Positions 40,036-52,298 are shown, numbered from the stretch's first letter. The stretch: 64,000 bases of DNA from Octopus sinensis (GCF_006345805.1 NC_043005.1:1674001-1738000), one strand, 5' to 3'. Translations and numbers: made by a program. Notes: generated from the letters alone by a model not told the origin.

Positions 40036-40441
40036 TGAAGACAATGTATATGAGCATTCAGCTTTCACCGAATGACCTGCACAAATGATTTGTTTATTGT
40101 GATCAAATGGTCATGCTGCAGCACATTAGCTCACTCCCTCATTTAAATTGATGTCTGAACAGGTGCACACAGGTATGCCATGAGTCAGGTGTCAAAGTGA
40201 TAGCAGAGCAATGTGAGATGAAGTGTTTTTCTCAAGAACACAACGCACTACCTGGTATAGGAATTGAAATCAGGACTGCTTGATCACTAGTGCAACACCC
40301 TAACCACTAAGCCATGTGTCCTACACCCCCCCCCACACACATGTAAGGTCACTGTGATTAACTTAGAAGAATATGAAAATAAATATTGTACGTTTGTGTC
40401 TCGAGTTGTGTGAAATGATTTTGTGAATATTTCTTTTTCAG

Positions 40442-40511
40442 GGGGAAAGAATTCCTCACGGCAGTGTCGGCAACAATTCCTTTCTGGTGTCAGAATTATT
40501 GACTTAACGAG
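40442..40511 (+). CDS. SUGCT: SUGCT exon 2 (GKNSSRQCRQQFLSGVRIIDLTR), GC donor
   Basis: ttctttttcag acceptor; encodes LSGVRIIDLTR; ends ACGAG|GCAAGT; the AG joins the first A of exon 3 to give Arg. Confidence 0.88.
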
Positions 40512-40626
40512 GCAAGTAAATAACTCTTTCACAATTGGTGTGTCTCTTGCATGGTGCCACGGCCACACAGCACCATGAAATGAATAGCAAATACTGAAAA
40601 AGTGGGCTTTGAAATGATGGTCTCTC

Positions 40627-40694
<68 letters not shown>

Positions 40695-40945
40695 ATTTGT
40701 TTCTGTACTTACAAATTTTTTCACTAAGATAAGATAAAAAAAAACCCTGCAGCAAATACTCTTCTCTTTGCAGTGTCCAAGAATGGCTAGAAACAAAGGC
40801 ACACATTTTTGCTTCAATCATCCTTACTTTGATGACATGAAATCTAGTTTGCTGAGATTTATCACACCAGCAAATGTATTGTTGTGTAATACACACACAT
40901 GGAAAGAGAGAGAGAGTGAAAGGAGAGAGAGAGAGAGAGAGTGAA

Positions 40946-40995
<50 letters not shown>

Positions 40996-42601
40996 GAGCT
41001 GTTGTTGGGTAGTAATCTGGAGAAATACTCAATACAAATATAGTTTATTGAAGCCATCCCAGTGGTTTCTTATGTGGCATTTTGCTCTAAACTGTGTGTG
41101 TGTGTGTGAGTGTACCATGAGCTTCTTTCAGTTTTTGTCTACCAAATCCACTCACAAGGTTCTGGCTGACCCAGTGCTATAGTAGAACACACTTTCCCAA
41201 ACTGCTGCACAGTGAAATTGAACCCAAAACCATGTGGGTAGGAAGTAAACTTTTTAACTTTATGGCCATGCTGTACCATTTATTAACTGGTTATAGTTAA
41301 ATGACCAATCCAAGATTCTGCCTTCCAACTCATCTTCCTAATGACTTTGGATAAACATTTTGTATGAAAGCTAGTCTAGATCTTACACTACAGAATGATG
41401 TGCCTGCTGTGGATTTGAATGTAAAACCTATCTACAGTTTCATAAATCCATGTCCAGTGTCTGAATCCATTCAACTGGTTTATCTCTCAACTCAAGGACA
41501 TGAGTGACCATTACTACCTTTAATATACAAAACAGCTTCTGCTCTATCTCTAGACTTTATTATTATTGGTTTTACTGCCCTGTGCAAAGCATCTGTGTTG
41601 GTGCCACACAACAAACACCTGTGCTGGTGCCACATATAAAGCGCCCAGTACACTCTGTAGAGCAGATGGTATTAAGAAGGGCATCCAGCTGTGGAAACCA
41701 TGCCCAAACAGATAATTGAAACCTGGTGCAGCTCTCCAGCCTTGCCAGCTCCTGTCAAACCATCCAACCCATGCCAGCAACCCGAAACAGACATTAAATG
41801 ACGACGATGATGATGATGATGATTAACATCTGTTTCTATAGTTTTTGTTCACAAGACATTTGGCCCCAGTGAATGCGTTTCCCCAGGAAAGGTTTCACCC
41901 AATGAAGGACTTTCCCCAGGGGAATATTTTAGGGTTCAGCTCCAATGAAACATTCATAAATTATATGATGTTCCTTTCACCCTGCCACTCCCACTTTTAT
42001 ACATCCAGGGGGCAGGGGGTTGGCATCGTTGGCACTTTCTGCACCGTTTTTAGCAACACCCATCCCAATGAAAAGAAGGACACGGGTTCATGTGTGGTGG
42101 TGGAGGTGGTGGTGGTGGGTGAGGGGGTGGGGAGAGGACAGGTGCTTGCTGGTGCACGAGTGTGTAAATAGTTGTGTGGTTGTGTTGCAATGCTTTTATA
42201 TATTTATGTAAAATGATGAGTGCTTTGCGTTTGTGTGTGTGTGTGATGTGTATGTGTATGTATGTATCTGTTTATAAATGTGTATGAATGTGTATTTTAA
42301 ATCTAGTTATAAGTTTTGAATTAATGTGTGTATAAGTTGTATGCTTGTGTGTATGTGTATGTGTGTGCGCACTTGTATGCATGTGTGTGTGTGCGCACTT
42401 GTATGCGTGGGAGGAAGTGATGGTGTGGGTGGGCGCGGGAGGAGGGAAGGGATGCTGACATTCAAGATGAGAAGAAGTTGGGAGAATTTCAATGATTCGA
42501 TTAGCATTTCAATGTGACCTTTGACTTTTGACCTTCTGTTTACCAAAAATCATGTTGACATTAATTGTCCAGCTGACAGAAACAGTTAAGGCAGAAATTT
42601 G

Positions 42602-42644
<43 letters not shown>

Positions 42645-42911
42645 TCCCCACTATGTGGGCGGTATTTTGTGCAGTGCATGTTGAGGTTTTGTGTGTGTGA
42701 GAGGAAGAAATAGTGAGACATAAATGCAGTTAGAAAAAGTTGGAGAAGAGGTGGGGGGTGGAAGAGGTGGGGGTGGAAGAGGTGGGGGTGGAATAGTTGA
42801 GAAAAATGCTAAGAAGGAGGGAGAAAGAGAAAAAGAATCAAGTTAGGATGGAAGAAAGCTGAATAACAAAGATAGTAGTAGTAGCAGCAGCAGCAGCAGC
42901 AGTAGTAGTAC

Positions 42912-42951
<40 letters not shown>

Positions 42952-44316
42952 TGCAGCAGCAGCAGCAGTTGATGATGATGTAAAGGCTGAGTGTCCTGTT
43001 GGGGATGCAGTAGACACCATGCATGTCCACCTTTTGACACTCTTGATACCAGCTGTCCCCTTGAAGACCCTGGACTCCAGGTGTCCATCCCTCTTTGACC
43101 TTTGGTCAAAGTTTGCTGCTTTACCACTACAAGGTGAGGAAAGAATTGTTCTTAAACGGGAGAATGTCACTTTAGTTTTCCTTTCATGGAAATCTGCTGA
43201 TGTAGCTTTGGCCCATGCTGGAGCATAAAATATAAGGATGTTAATTAGAAACAATTTGAAAGCCTGATTTTGAAGGGAGCAGAACTGATGGCTGAACAGA
43301 AGGGAAGGGACTGAGTTGGGATTGGTTGTGAAGGGTTTTGGAAACTGGGAAATTTTAGTTTGATTTCACTCAAATAATTCTTTGCTGTTAATTATAATAC
43401 TTAAGTATGATGGACCCCCTAAGCTCTGGAACAGGGGAGGCCGGGTTCAGGGGATGCTCTTGTTCTCCCCTAAAATATTTTGTGATGCAACGAAAACACT
43501 TTGAACATCCTGGGTGGATCTGGACTCACAACCCCTCAAGTAAATTTCCTTCCTGAACTTATGGATGGACCCCACAAGAATGCCTGTTGTTGTGATGTCA
43601 TGTGACATAGTTGTATTAATCTTGTTGGATTGGTGACAATAGCTAATTGGCATCAGACATGGAAGGCATCAGACAAAATTTTTTGTGACATTTCTTCCAA
43701 CTTTTTATGTTTTGAATTGGCATCCTACCAAGATCAACTTTACCCTTCATCTTTCCAGGGTTGATATCACAAGTACCAGTTGCACATTGGGGTTGATGAA
43801 ATTGTCTTAATCCTTCCCCTGGAATTGCTTGCCTTGTGCTAAAGTTTGAAATTATTATTCCTATTATTATTATTATTATTATTATTGTTATTATTATTAT
43901 TGTTATTATTATTATTATTGTTATTATTATTATTATTACTACTATTATCATCATTCTTCTTCTTCTTCTTATCATTATTATCATTCTTCTTCTTCTTCTT
44001 CTTCTTCTTCTTCTTCTTCTTCTTCTTCTTCTTCTTCTTCTTCTTCTTCTTCTCCTCATTATTATTAAGTCAATGATCTGGCAGAAGTGTCAGCATGTTG
44101 GACCAAATGTTAAGTGGCATTTCTTTCAATCTGAGTTCAAATCACCAAGATTGACTTTGCCTTTCATCCTTTTGGGGGTCAATGAAATAAATACCTTTTG
44201 GTCACTGGAGTCGATGTAATCAACTTGACCCACCCCCCGAAATTGCTGGCCTTGTGCAAAAATTTGAAACCGTTATTATTGTTGTTATTTTTGTTGTTGT
44301 TGTTGTTATTGTATAG

Positions 44317-44390
44317 AATCCTGGCTGGTCCTTACTGTACAATGATTCTGGCAGATATGGGAGCAGAAGTAATTAAAGTGGAGAGACCAG
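44317..44390 (+). CDS. SUGCT: SUGCT exon 3 ([24 protein letters not shown])
   Basis: gtatag acceptor, CAG|GTATGT donor, 74 bp, hallmark family III sequence. Confidence 0.95.
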
Positions 44391-44414
44391 GTATGTTTAT
44401 GTGAGTTTGTGGAG

Positions 44415-44710
44415 GTGCAAGCGTGGGTCTGTGGTAAGAGGCTTTGTTTCCAGCCACATGACTCCAGGTTCAATTCCACTGCTTGGCACCTTGGGCAAGT
44501 GTCTTCTACTATAGCCTTGGGTCAACCAAAGCCTTGTGAGTGGATTTGGTAGACAGAAACTGAAAGAAGCCTGTTGGATATATATATATATATTTGAGTG
44601 TCTTTGTGTCTGTTTGTCCCTTACCACTGCTTGGCAGCCAGTGTTGGTGTGTTTACATCCTCATCACTTAATGGTTCAACAAATGCGACCAATAGAATAA
44701 GTACCTGGCT
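44415..44710 (+). mobile_element. tRNA-derived SINE, family A (cttgggcaagtgtcttctactatagcc core); other copies ~20960-21290(-), 29090-29440(-), 41090-41272(-), 58500-58955(-)
   Basis: A/B-box-like head (ggttcaattcc) and a conserved core repeated across the window. Confidence 0.8.
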
Positions 44711-44884
44711 TGATTATCAGGTCTTTACTGATAACGTCATCATTACGCATATCATTACTGTATTGCTATTGTGACATTTGTGAGTCCTTATTGGGATGTT
44801 GTTATTCACTGTGTCCTTACAATGTCATTACTAACTGTACCATTATTCTGTCCTTTGTATAGAATTAAATAATTGGTTATTTTA

Positions 44885-45290
44885 CTCTTTTACTTGTTTC
44901 AGTCATTTGACTGCGACCATGTTGGAGCACCGCCTTTAGTTGAGCAAATTGACCCCAGGACTTATTCTTTGTAAGCCTAGTACTTATTCTATCGGCCTCT
45001 TTTGCTGAACCGCTAAGTTACGGGGACACAAACACACCAGCATCAGTTGTCAAGCGATGTTGTAGGGACAAACACAGACATACAAACACACATACATATA
45101 TATACATATACATATATACAACGGGCTTCTTTCAGTTTCCATCTACCAAATCCACTCACAAGGCTTTGGTCAGCTCGAGGCTATAGTAGAAGACACTTGC
45201 CCAAGGTGCCACGCAGTGGGACTAAACCCAGAACCATGTGGTTAGTAAGCAAGGTGCTTACCACACAGCCATTCCTGTGCCTATTTTAAT
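44885..45290 (-). mobile_element. tRNA-derived SINE, family A, inverted relative to the 44415 copy
   Basis: Reverse complement of the same core (ccaaatccactcacaaggctttggtc...gaagacacttgcccaagg). Confidence 0.8.
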
Positions 45291-46530
45291 ATGATTAAAT
45301 AAAATGATTAATGTAAAAACTAATGTCTTTATAATTACTGTCATTACTGACAATTTAATTACTAATTAAAACTTTATTATCACTGCTCAAGATGTTTTTA
45401 TTGAGTTGTTACTGTCTCACCATTCAATATATCATTATCTGCTATGTCATCACCATATTCTTACTCACTGACTTATTACTGTGTAATTACGGTTATTTGT
45501 GTGTTTTAATGCATTATTAATATCAAATGTGTCATTACTGCTATATTATTGTCTCTCATTATTGTTTCATTATCGACTGTGCCATTATTCTATCATGTTG
45601 TTATACATCATTACTATGTTATTACTGATTCTGCGCTTATATACTCATCCGTTAGCATCTCTATCATTACAGACTGTTTGCTATAAATGCTGTTATGCTT
45701 CACACTCTCTTATATCATACATAATCATGCTGTATACTTTATTATGCTATACTCCCTGTTATACTATGCACCCTTGTTGTAACTTTTGACTCTTGACTCT
45801 GCCATTCTCAACTCTATTTTAACTGTGTTTTGTCACTGATTCTTTGTTTCCCATTCCTATTATTCACAGTCTTCATGGCTGATTCTGTTGTTACCAATTC
45901 TATTCATACTGTTGTTGTTCAAATGCAGACCTTGATAATAGGCACTCCAACCACGACCATCTTCCCTTTGTTTCAAATTGTAGGATATCTAAGACTACAT
46001 CATAAAATATGTTTCCACTTTTTCAGATGGTTGGTTGTAATTTCAAGGAGATTTAGCTACTACTGTTAGCATCTCAAGTGAACGCATAGAGCCTTCCTTA
46101 TTCATCCCTAGTGGTCCTCTTTATCCTAGTTCTGTCATTACCGATGTCTCTAGTATTAATTTCATAATTATGAACTGTTTTAATGACTTTTGTGGCTACA
46201 AAACGATTAGAACCAACTGACTGTTATTACAAATTTTGCTACTACCTGTGTTGTGGTTGCTGTTGTTGTTGTCATTATTATTATTATGAAGGTGATGTTC
46301 TGGCAGACTCATTAGCATCCTGGACAAAATGCTCAGCAGCATTTCATCTGTCCTTACATTTTGAGTTCAAATTCTGCCGAGGTTGACTTTGCCTTTCATT
46401 CTTTCAGGGTCAATAAAATAAATACAAGTCAAGAACTGGGGTCGATGCAATCGACTTACCCAGCTCCCCTTGTGCTAAAATTTGAAACCCTCTTCCTCCT
46501 CCTCTTCTTTTTCTTCTTCTTCTATCGAAG

Positions 46531-46616
46531 GTTGTGGAGATGACACAAGGACATGGGGTCCACCATTTCGAAGTTCAGAGAGTACCTACTTCCTCTCGGT
46601 CAACCGGAATAAAAAG
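46531..46616 (+). CDS. SUGCT: SUGCT exon 4 ([29 protein letters not shown])
   Basis: Pyrimidine tract plus gaag acceptor, AAG|GTTTGT donor, 86 bp. Confidence 0.95.
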
Positions 46617-47351
46617 GTTTGTATTTGAGAGTGTATATCTTTCTACTGGTCTGCCTAACTGCCTGTCTGTAATGAGCAGGTAGATTAGAGATGGAATTAA
46701 TGCAAAAGGAGGCTGCTTTATCAAAGATCTCTTTATATGAGAACAGGTTAGAGGTTCTGTTATGGATAAAATGTCTGGGTGGTAGGAATATTACTTGATA
46801 TTTCTCAGTATTGCAGAAAGTTTAAGGCTTTAAGATGTGTGATTTGATGGAGATTGGATTGCTATGTCGAGAAGGTTGAGTGACCATGTAGGAATTCCTT
46901 TGTTTGAAATATACCAGGAAGAATGCTTAGGCAGAAAAAAGATCAAGGAACCAAGTAGAGCTTATCTTACTGACTTGAAATACCAATGCAGAAAGTTTTG
47001 TCAGCACTCTATCAGTTTTGACAATGAGGCTTCCAGTTGATCCAATCAAAGGAAAAGCCTGCTTGTGAGAGTGAAATTAATGTGCAAGTGAAATTAATAT
47101 GTAGTTCTCAAGGAGATTCAGCACGACACAGAATGTGACAAGGCTGGAGAGTGTGTGTGTCAAAGATAGATTGGTAGGTAGTGTTGTCACCATAGTAACT
47201 AAGAAGTTTTTATTAAAAATGCTGCAATTTTAAGTGTAAGTCTGTCAATACAACACATCACAGACTTCAGAAAAAAAAAATATATATATCTGTAAGTCAA
47301 ATTTAAAGTTAAAGAATTAAGCAGCTCTATATTTAAGAGATGAGGAATTAT

Positions 47352-47845
47352 GTACATTATTTAATTTGACAGATATTTGTCCTCATCTTGTTTGTTGTAA
47401 TATGTTTCGACTGATATACCATCCAGCCTTCATTAGGCGTCTTGGGGAAATTTTGGACCTGGATTCTCATTACTAAGGTATTTTTTGATGTTGTTGTTAT
47501 TATTATTATTATTGTTCAGGTCACTGCTTGGAATTGAACTCGGAATCTTGGTGTTAGTAGCCCACGCTCTTAACCACTATGCCATATGCTCACGGGCATA
47601 TGGCATAGTGGTTAAGAGCATGGGTTACTAACACCAAGATTCTGAGTTCAATTCCAGTCAGTAACTTGAATTATAATAATAATAATAATAATAATAACAT
47701 CGAAAAATACTTTAGGAATGAGAACCAAGGTTTGAAATTTCTCCAAGACACCTGATGAAAGCTGGAGAATACATCAGCTGAAACGTTGTGTTAACAACAA
47801 ACAAGATAAGGACAAATATCTGCCAAATGTAAATAATGTAAATAA
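47352..47845. mobile_element. Palindromic non-autonomous element: two head-to-head arms, each with a tRNA-like head, (AAT)n and a Penelope-type tail with a hammerhead motif
   Basis: Centre gccatatgc-tcacgg-gcatatggc (~47592); arms ~250 bp, similar but diverged; A box TGGCATAGTGG and B box GAGTTCAATTCC on each arm. Confidence 0.82.
47747..47792 (+). ncRNA. Minimal type I hammerhead ribozyme motif (Penelope type)
   Basis: Helix I GACAC/GUGUU; core CUGAUGA plus an extra A; helix II AGCUG/CAGCU; GAAA; self-complementary ACGU in place of helix III; predicted cleavage after GUU (47787). Confidence 0.62.
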
Positions 47846-48065
47846 TGTAAAGAATGAAGGTTTTGAAATTATTCATTAAATGCAGTATGAAAACCTTGCT
47901 TCAGGGTCAGTCATTGGTCGTACGTCTGTGGAGCAGATTCACCACTTATGGCTGCCAGGTGTCATTAGTGATATTTTGCATTAATCGTTGGATCGACTTA
48001 CAGGAATTCCACGCTCCATCTTCTCTATTAATCTTTAATATATATATATATGTATATTTATATAT

Positions 48066-48965
48066 ACAATAATATGTTACATTACTCGATAGTCAAGATA
48101 AAACTCTGAGTTTCAGATGCCGAAGTGGAAATCCACAACACCATCTCTTCGGTTATCTGGCTATTTGAAAACGCTATGAAAAAATACCGTTATACGAAGG
48201 GAAATTACTGTGTTATAACTCTGCTTGCCTGCGTACTTATACATCGCTCGCATTTTTCGTCATAAAAATGATATAAAAATACATAAAAAATATATAAAAA
48301 ATATATAAAAATATATATAATATTCTTGGGACATAACATAGAAAGCATGTTCTATCTGTTTTCTTTAGGGGACCAAAAACGTAACAGAAATTTAGTCACA
48401 TGTGGGCATGATCCGAAAAGTTCTGTCCTTGTGTTTAGACATGTAGTAGGGTCTAAGCTGCTTTTCCAGATAAGCCATCTCTCCATGTCGCATAGACTGC
48501 ACCTTCCGCTGCCGTTAGTATAGGGCTTACATCTGGCCAAAATCTTCCAATGTATGTTATAATCGACACCTTTATCTCTTAAAGACCAAATATGATTAGA
48601 TAATTGTGTTGCTTTTCTTTTGTTCCAGTGCCTAAAGCTCAAAGTGTGGTTATTGAACCTGGCCTTGAAGTTACCCTCTGTAAGGCCCACGTATTTCTTC
48701 GTCGAAACAATTTATATATTTTTATATATTTTTTATATATTTTTATGTATTTTTATATCATTTTTATGACGAAAAATGCAAGCGATGTATAAGTACGCAG
48801 GCAAGCAGAGTTATAACACAGCAATTTCCCTTTGTATAACAGTATTTTTTCATAGCGTTTTCAAATAGCCAGATAATCAAAGAGATGGTGTTGTGGATTT
48901 CCACTTCGGCATCTGATATTCAGAGTTTTATCTTGACTATCGAGTAATGTAACATATTATTGTAT
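48066..48965 (-). mobile_element. 5'-truncated Penelope-like element: GIY-YIG endonuclease fragment between ~255-bp inverted terminal repeats
   Basis: ORF 48352-48690 GLTEGNFKARFNNHTLSF...WKILARCKPY...RCSLCDMER...LNTRTELFGSCPH; inverted arms 48066-48320 and 48711-48965; (TA)n on both flanks. Confidence 0.9.
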
Positions 48966-49031
48966 AGATAAGTTTCCTCTATTTACATAATATTGAGGTC
49001 TCTTTCTTTCTTTTGTTATCTTACCGTTTTA

Positions 49032-49080
<49 letters not shown>

Positions 49081-49249
49081 TGTGCTATAGTATTATTATA
49101 CTTTTACTATTTTTAACTATAGTATTGCTATACTATAGTGTTTCTAGGCTGTAACTATAGAACATATCTACACATTTTTAGCTCCCCCACCCCTACTGTG
49201 TGTATTGACAGAGGTTTTTGGAGTTTACATAAATGGTTTTTCTTGGCAG

Positions 49250-49300
49250 AGTATTGCTGTTGATATAAAGACACCTGAAGGCAAAGATTTAATCAGAAAG
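49250..49300 (+). CDS. SUGCT: SUGCT exon 5 (SIAVDIKTPEGKDLIRK)
   Basis: ttttcttggcag acceptor, AAG|GTAGGT donor, 51 bp, phase 0/0. Confidence 0.93.
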
Positions 49301-49792
49301 GTAGGTTGTTGTTATTGGACTTCTTTCTTCCACTGTCTTTACTTAGGAAGTAAGTTATGTGGTGTTGACTGGGATTTGTGCAACAGTTGTTAGGAGTGCA
49401 GCTGTGTGTGTGTGTGTGTGTGGTTTTAGTTGAATGTTGTGAGTTGGTGTGACAATTGTTTTTCTGTCAACTTAGAGTGACAAATCATCACTGAACCAGT
49501 CCAAGTCAGAGGTCCAACACACAAGCCACCCATAACAGCCAGACAAACACGTGTGTAGTGTGCTGGGTGTCTTTTGTGATCAGTGTTTTTTGTTATTAAG
49601 TATTTTGAATGATGTTTCTGAATAATTTACATCAGTGGAGTTTCATTGATTCACTGTATGGACAATGATGGCAATGACGAAGAATAAACATCCAAACAGT
49701 GTCTTTGTTTGGATTCAGAAGCAGTTTCCTTGGTGATGTGTACATCTTTGACTAATATACATGCACATGCATACACAAATGCATGTATGCTC

Positions 49793-49831
<39 letters not shown>

Positions 49832-49984
49832 TACAAATCTGAAAAAATGTACTTGATACAAAGTGCAATATATGGATTCAAAGAACCATGTGGCTCTCGG
49901 AAAGCTCCTTTACTGGACTCTGCTAACAGATCACATTATATTCCAATAAACTGCTCTCCATCAGTTATGATGATGGGGGTTCTA

Positions 49985-50262
49985 ATTGACCTGATCCGTG
50001 GAACAGCCCTCACATGAGATTTATGTGCAAGTGGCTGAGTACTCCACAGACATGTCTACCTTGTCTGGGAGATTCAGCATGACACAATGTGACAAGGCTG
50101 GCCCCTTTGAATTACAGGTACGACTCATTGTTGCCATCTGAGTGGACAAGAGCAATAAAGTGAAATAAAGTGTCTTGCTCAAGGACACAATGCACCACCA
50201 GGAATCGAACTCACAACCTTACAATTATGAGCCAAATACTCTAACCACTAAGCCACTGACCT
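49985..50262 (-). mobile_element. tRNA-derived SINE, family C; related pieces ~40080-40320, 47040-47150, 63960-64000
   Basis: Minus-strand head tggcttagtggttagagt...gtgagttcgattcc; body aaagtgtcttgctcaaggacacaa recurs. Confidence 0.72.
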
Positions 50263-52118
50263 TCACCTAATAATCCAATTTGAAGGAGTTTAATGCAGCT
50301 GAAATCGAGGAGATCCGATCGATGAAATGATTTCATCAGGAGAATAAAAAAGCATAAAAAGTCAGGAGGCATGAGGGGTGGGGGAGGGGTGGAGATTAAT
50401 TTAACGATGGAATGTCATCGTTAGGATTACGGTCGTTTATTGTAGTGTTTGTATCTTTATTAAAATCTCTGATTAACAATATTGTTGTTACTCAGAGTTT
50501 TGCATTGTTGCATTTCATTGCAATAATGGACAACAACAATGTAACACTGAGTAGCAGATTAGTTTAATCTAATTATTTAAGCAATGCTAATGAAGTTATA
50601 GTTCATTAAATTCTGATACTACCAACACAACCTATTTCCATTTTTTTTACAGTCTGACACCACCACCACCACCATTGCCACCACCACCACAACCAATGCC
50701 AATAGTATTGCCTCTTTTATTCTTGGCCATTGGATTCCCTAAACTCATTAAGCAAACTTTAAACAAGACCTAAAAAAAGGGAGTTTCCATCTACTCACCC
50801 AACCGACTCAAGAAAAAGACCAGGTCTTCTGTTATAAACTCCTTATTGTCTTTCAATTAAGGGCCACATGTCTTCTAGTTTTAAAGATTTGGTAAAAGGG
50901 ATCCACTATAACAGCAGTGGTGATGGTGATGATGGTAATAGAAGGGCATGTTTGAGCAACCATTTCTGTGCCATGCATGTGCTCAAGTAAAGGTAACCAG
51001 GGTTACTCAATAACAACAACATCATCATCATCATCATCTGATGTCCGTTTTTCATGCTGGTAAGGGTTGGACAGCTTGACAAGAGCCAGCAGGCTGGAGA
51101 GCTGCACCAAGCTCAAGGCTTCTCTTCTGACATGCTTTCTACGGCTGGACGCCCTTCCTAATGCCAACCCCTCCAAGAGTGGACTGGCTGCTTTTTGTGT
51201 GGCACTTACACAACAATTACAAACTATAAATGTCTCAATCCTCTCGCCCGCCCCCCCTCCCCATTTCAAGTCAATCTCATTTCCCCTTTTCTATTTGGCC
51301 TGATTTGGATAATGGAGATTTGGGTCCCACATCTTCCTCTCCCAGTTAATTGATTTGATTCAGTTTTGGGAAACGATAGTTGAGATTAAGTTGGGGGTGG
51401 GGAACTGGTTAGAGTAACATGGATATGGTAGACATAAGTAGTTGGTGGTGGCAATGGTGGTTGTAGTGGTAAGGATAATGGTAATGATGATGTTGAGTGC
51501 TAATAAGGACCGTGTTAATCTTCCATGAAATTTAAATCTAATCTTATCAAATTTTTGAAATAAGCAAAATGTTTACATTGTCACCTCATCTAAAGTAACA
51601 ACGTAGACATCTTCATCTCTTGCCTCACCCCACCATTTACCCCTTATTTAGAACTCTGAAACTAACATTCATGCACAATTGTGCACACAGACAACAGTAC
51701 AGGCTTGCTTACAGACATCAACAACAACACTATCGTCAACATTTAACATGTTTTTCTATGCTGACATGGGTTGGAGGGAGCTGGTGAACCAGAGGACTGT
51801 GCCAATGCGTTTCTGACATTCCATCCATGACCTCTCAGATGACTATTCAGTCTTGTTACAGATCTGCATGGTTTGATGCATAAATAGTAGACAAAAGCTA
51901 TAACTTTCACTGGAGTGATCGAATCAGTTTGTGAGATAAGATCCCTGTGAACCATTGTGTGTCACTTCAAACCTGACGTCCACATGCAGGCCCTTTCACA
52001 CATGACACACTTTGAATCCCTTGGTCTACGAAGACGGACATTGAATACTGTTGATCTTCCATGGGACTTCAGATAGTTGACTTACCAAACCTTAGAAAGG
52101 AGTACACTGCTTCATGTT

Positions 52119-52152
<34 letters not shown>

Positions 52153-52298
52153 ACACACACGTACATCACAAAGGACTTTAGGAAAACCATGATCATAAGT
52201 TTGGTCCCTCTCATTTCCTTTAATGAATATAAGTCTTCATGTTTTTTTGTAAGAAATTATATCCGAAGACAATGAAACAGTCTTCTATTTTCCACCAG

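Noticed and set aside
42838-43254. Minus-strand 138-aa ORF and overlapping ORFs
   Set aside because: About half is microsatellite, the rest has no recognisable motif, and there is no splice support.
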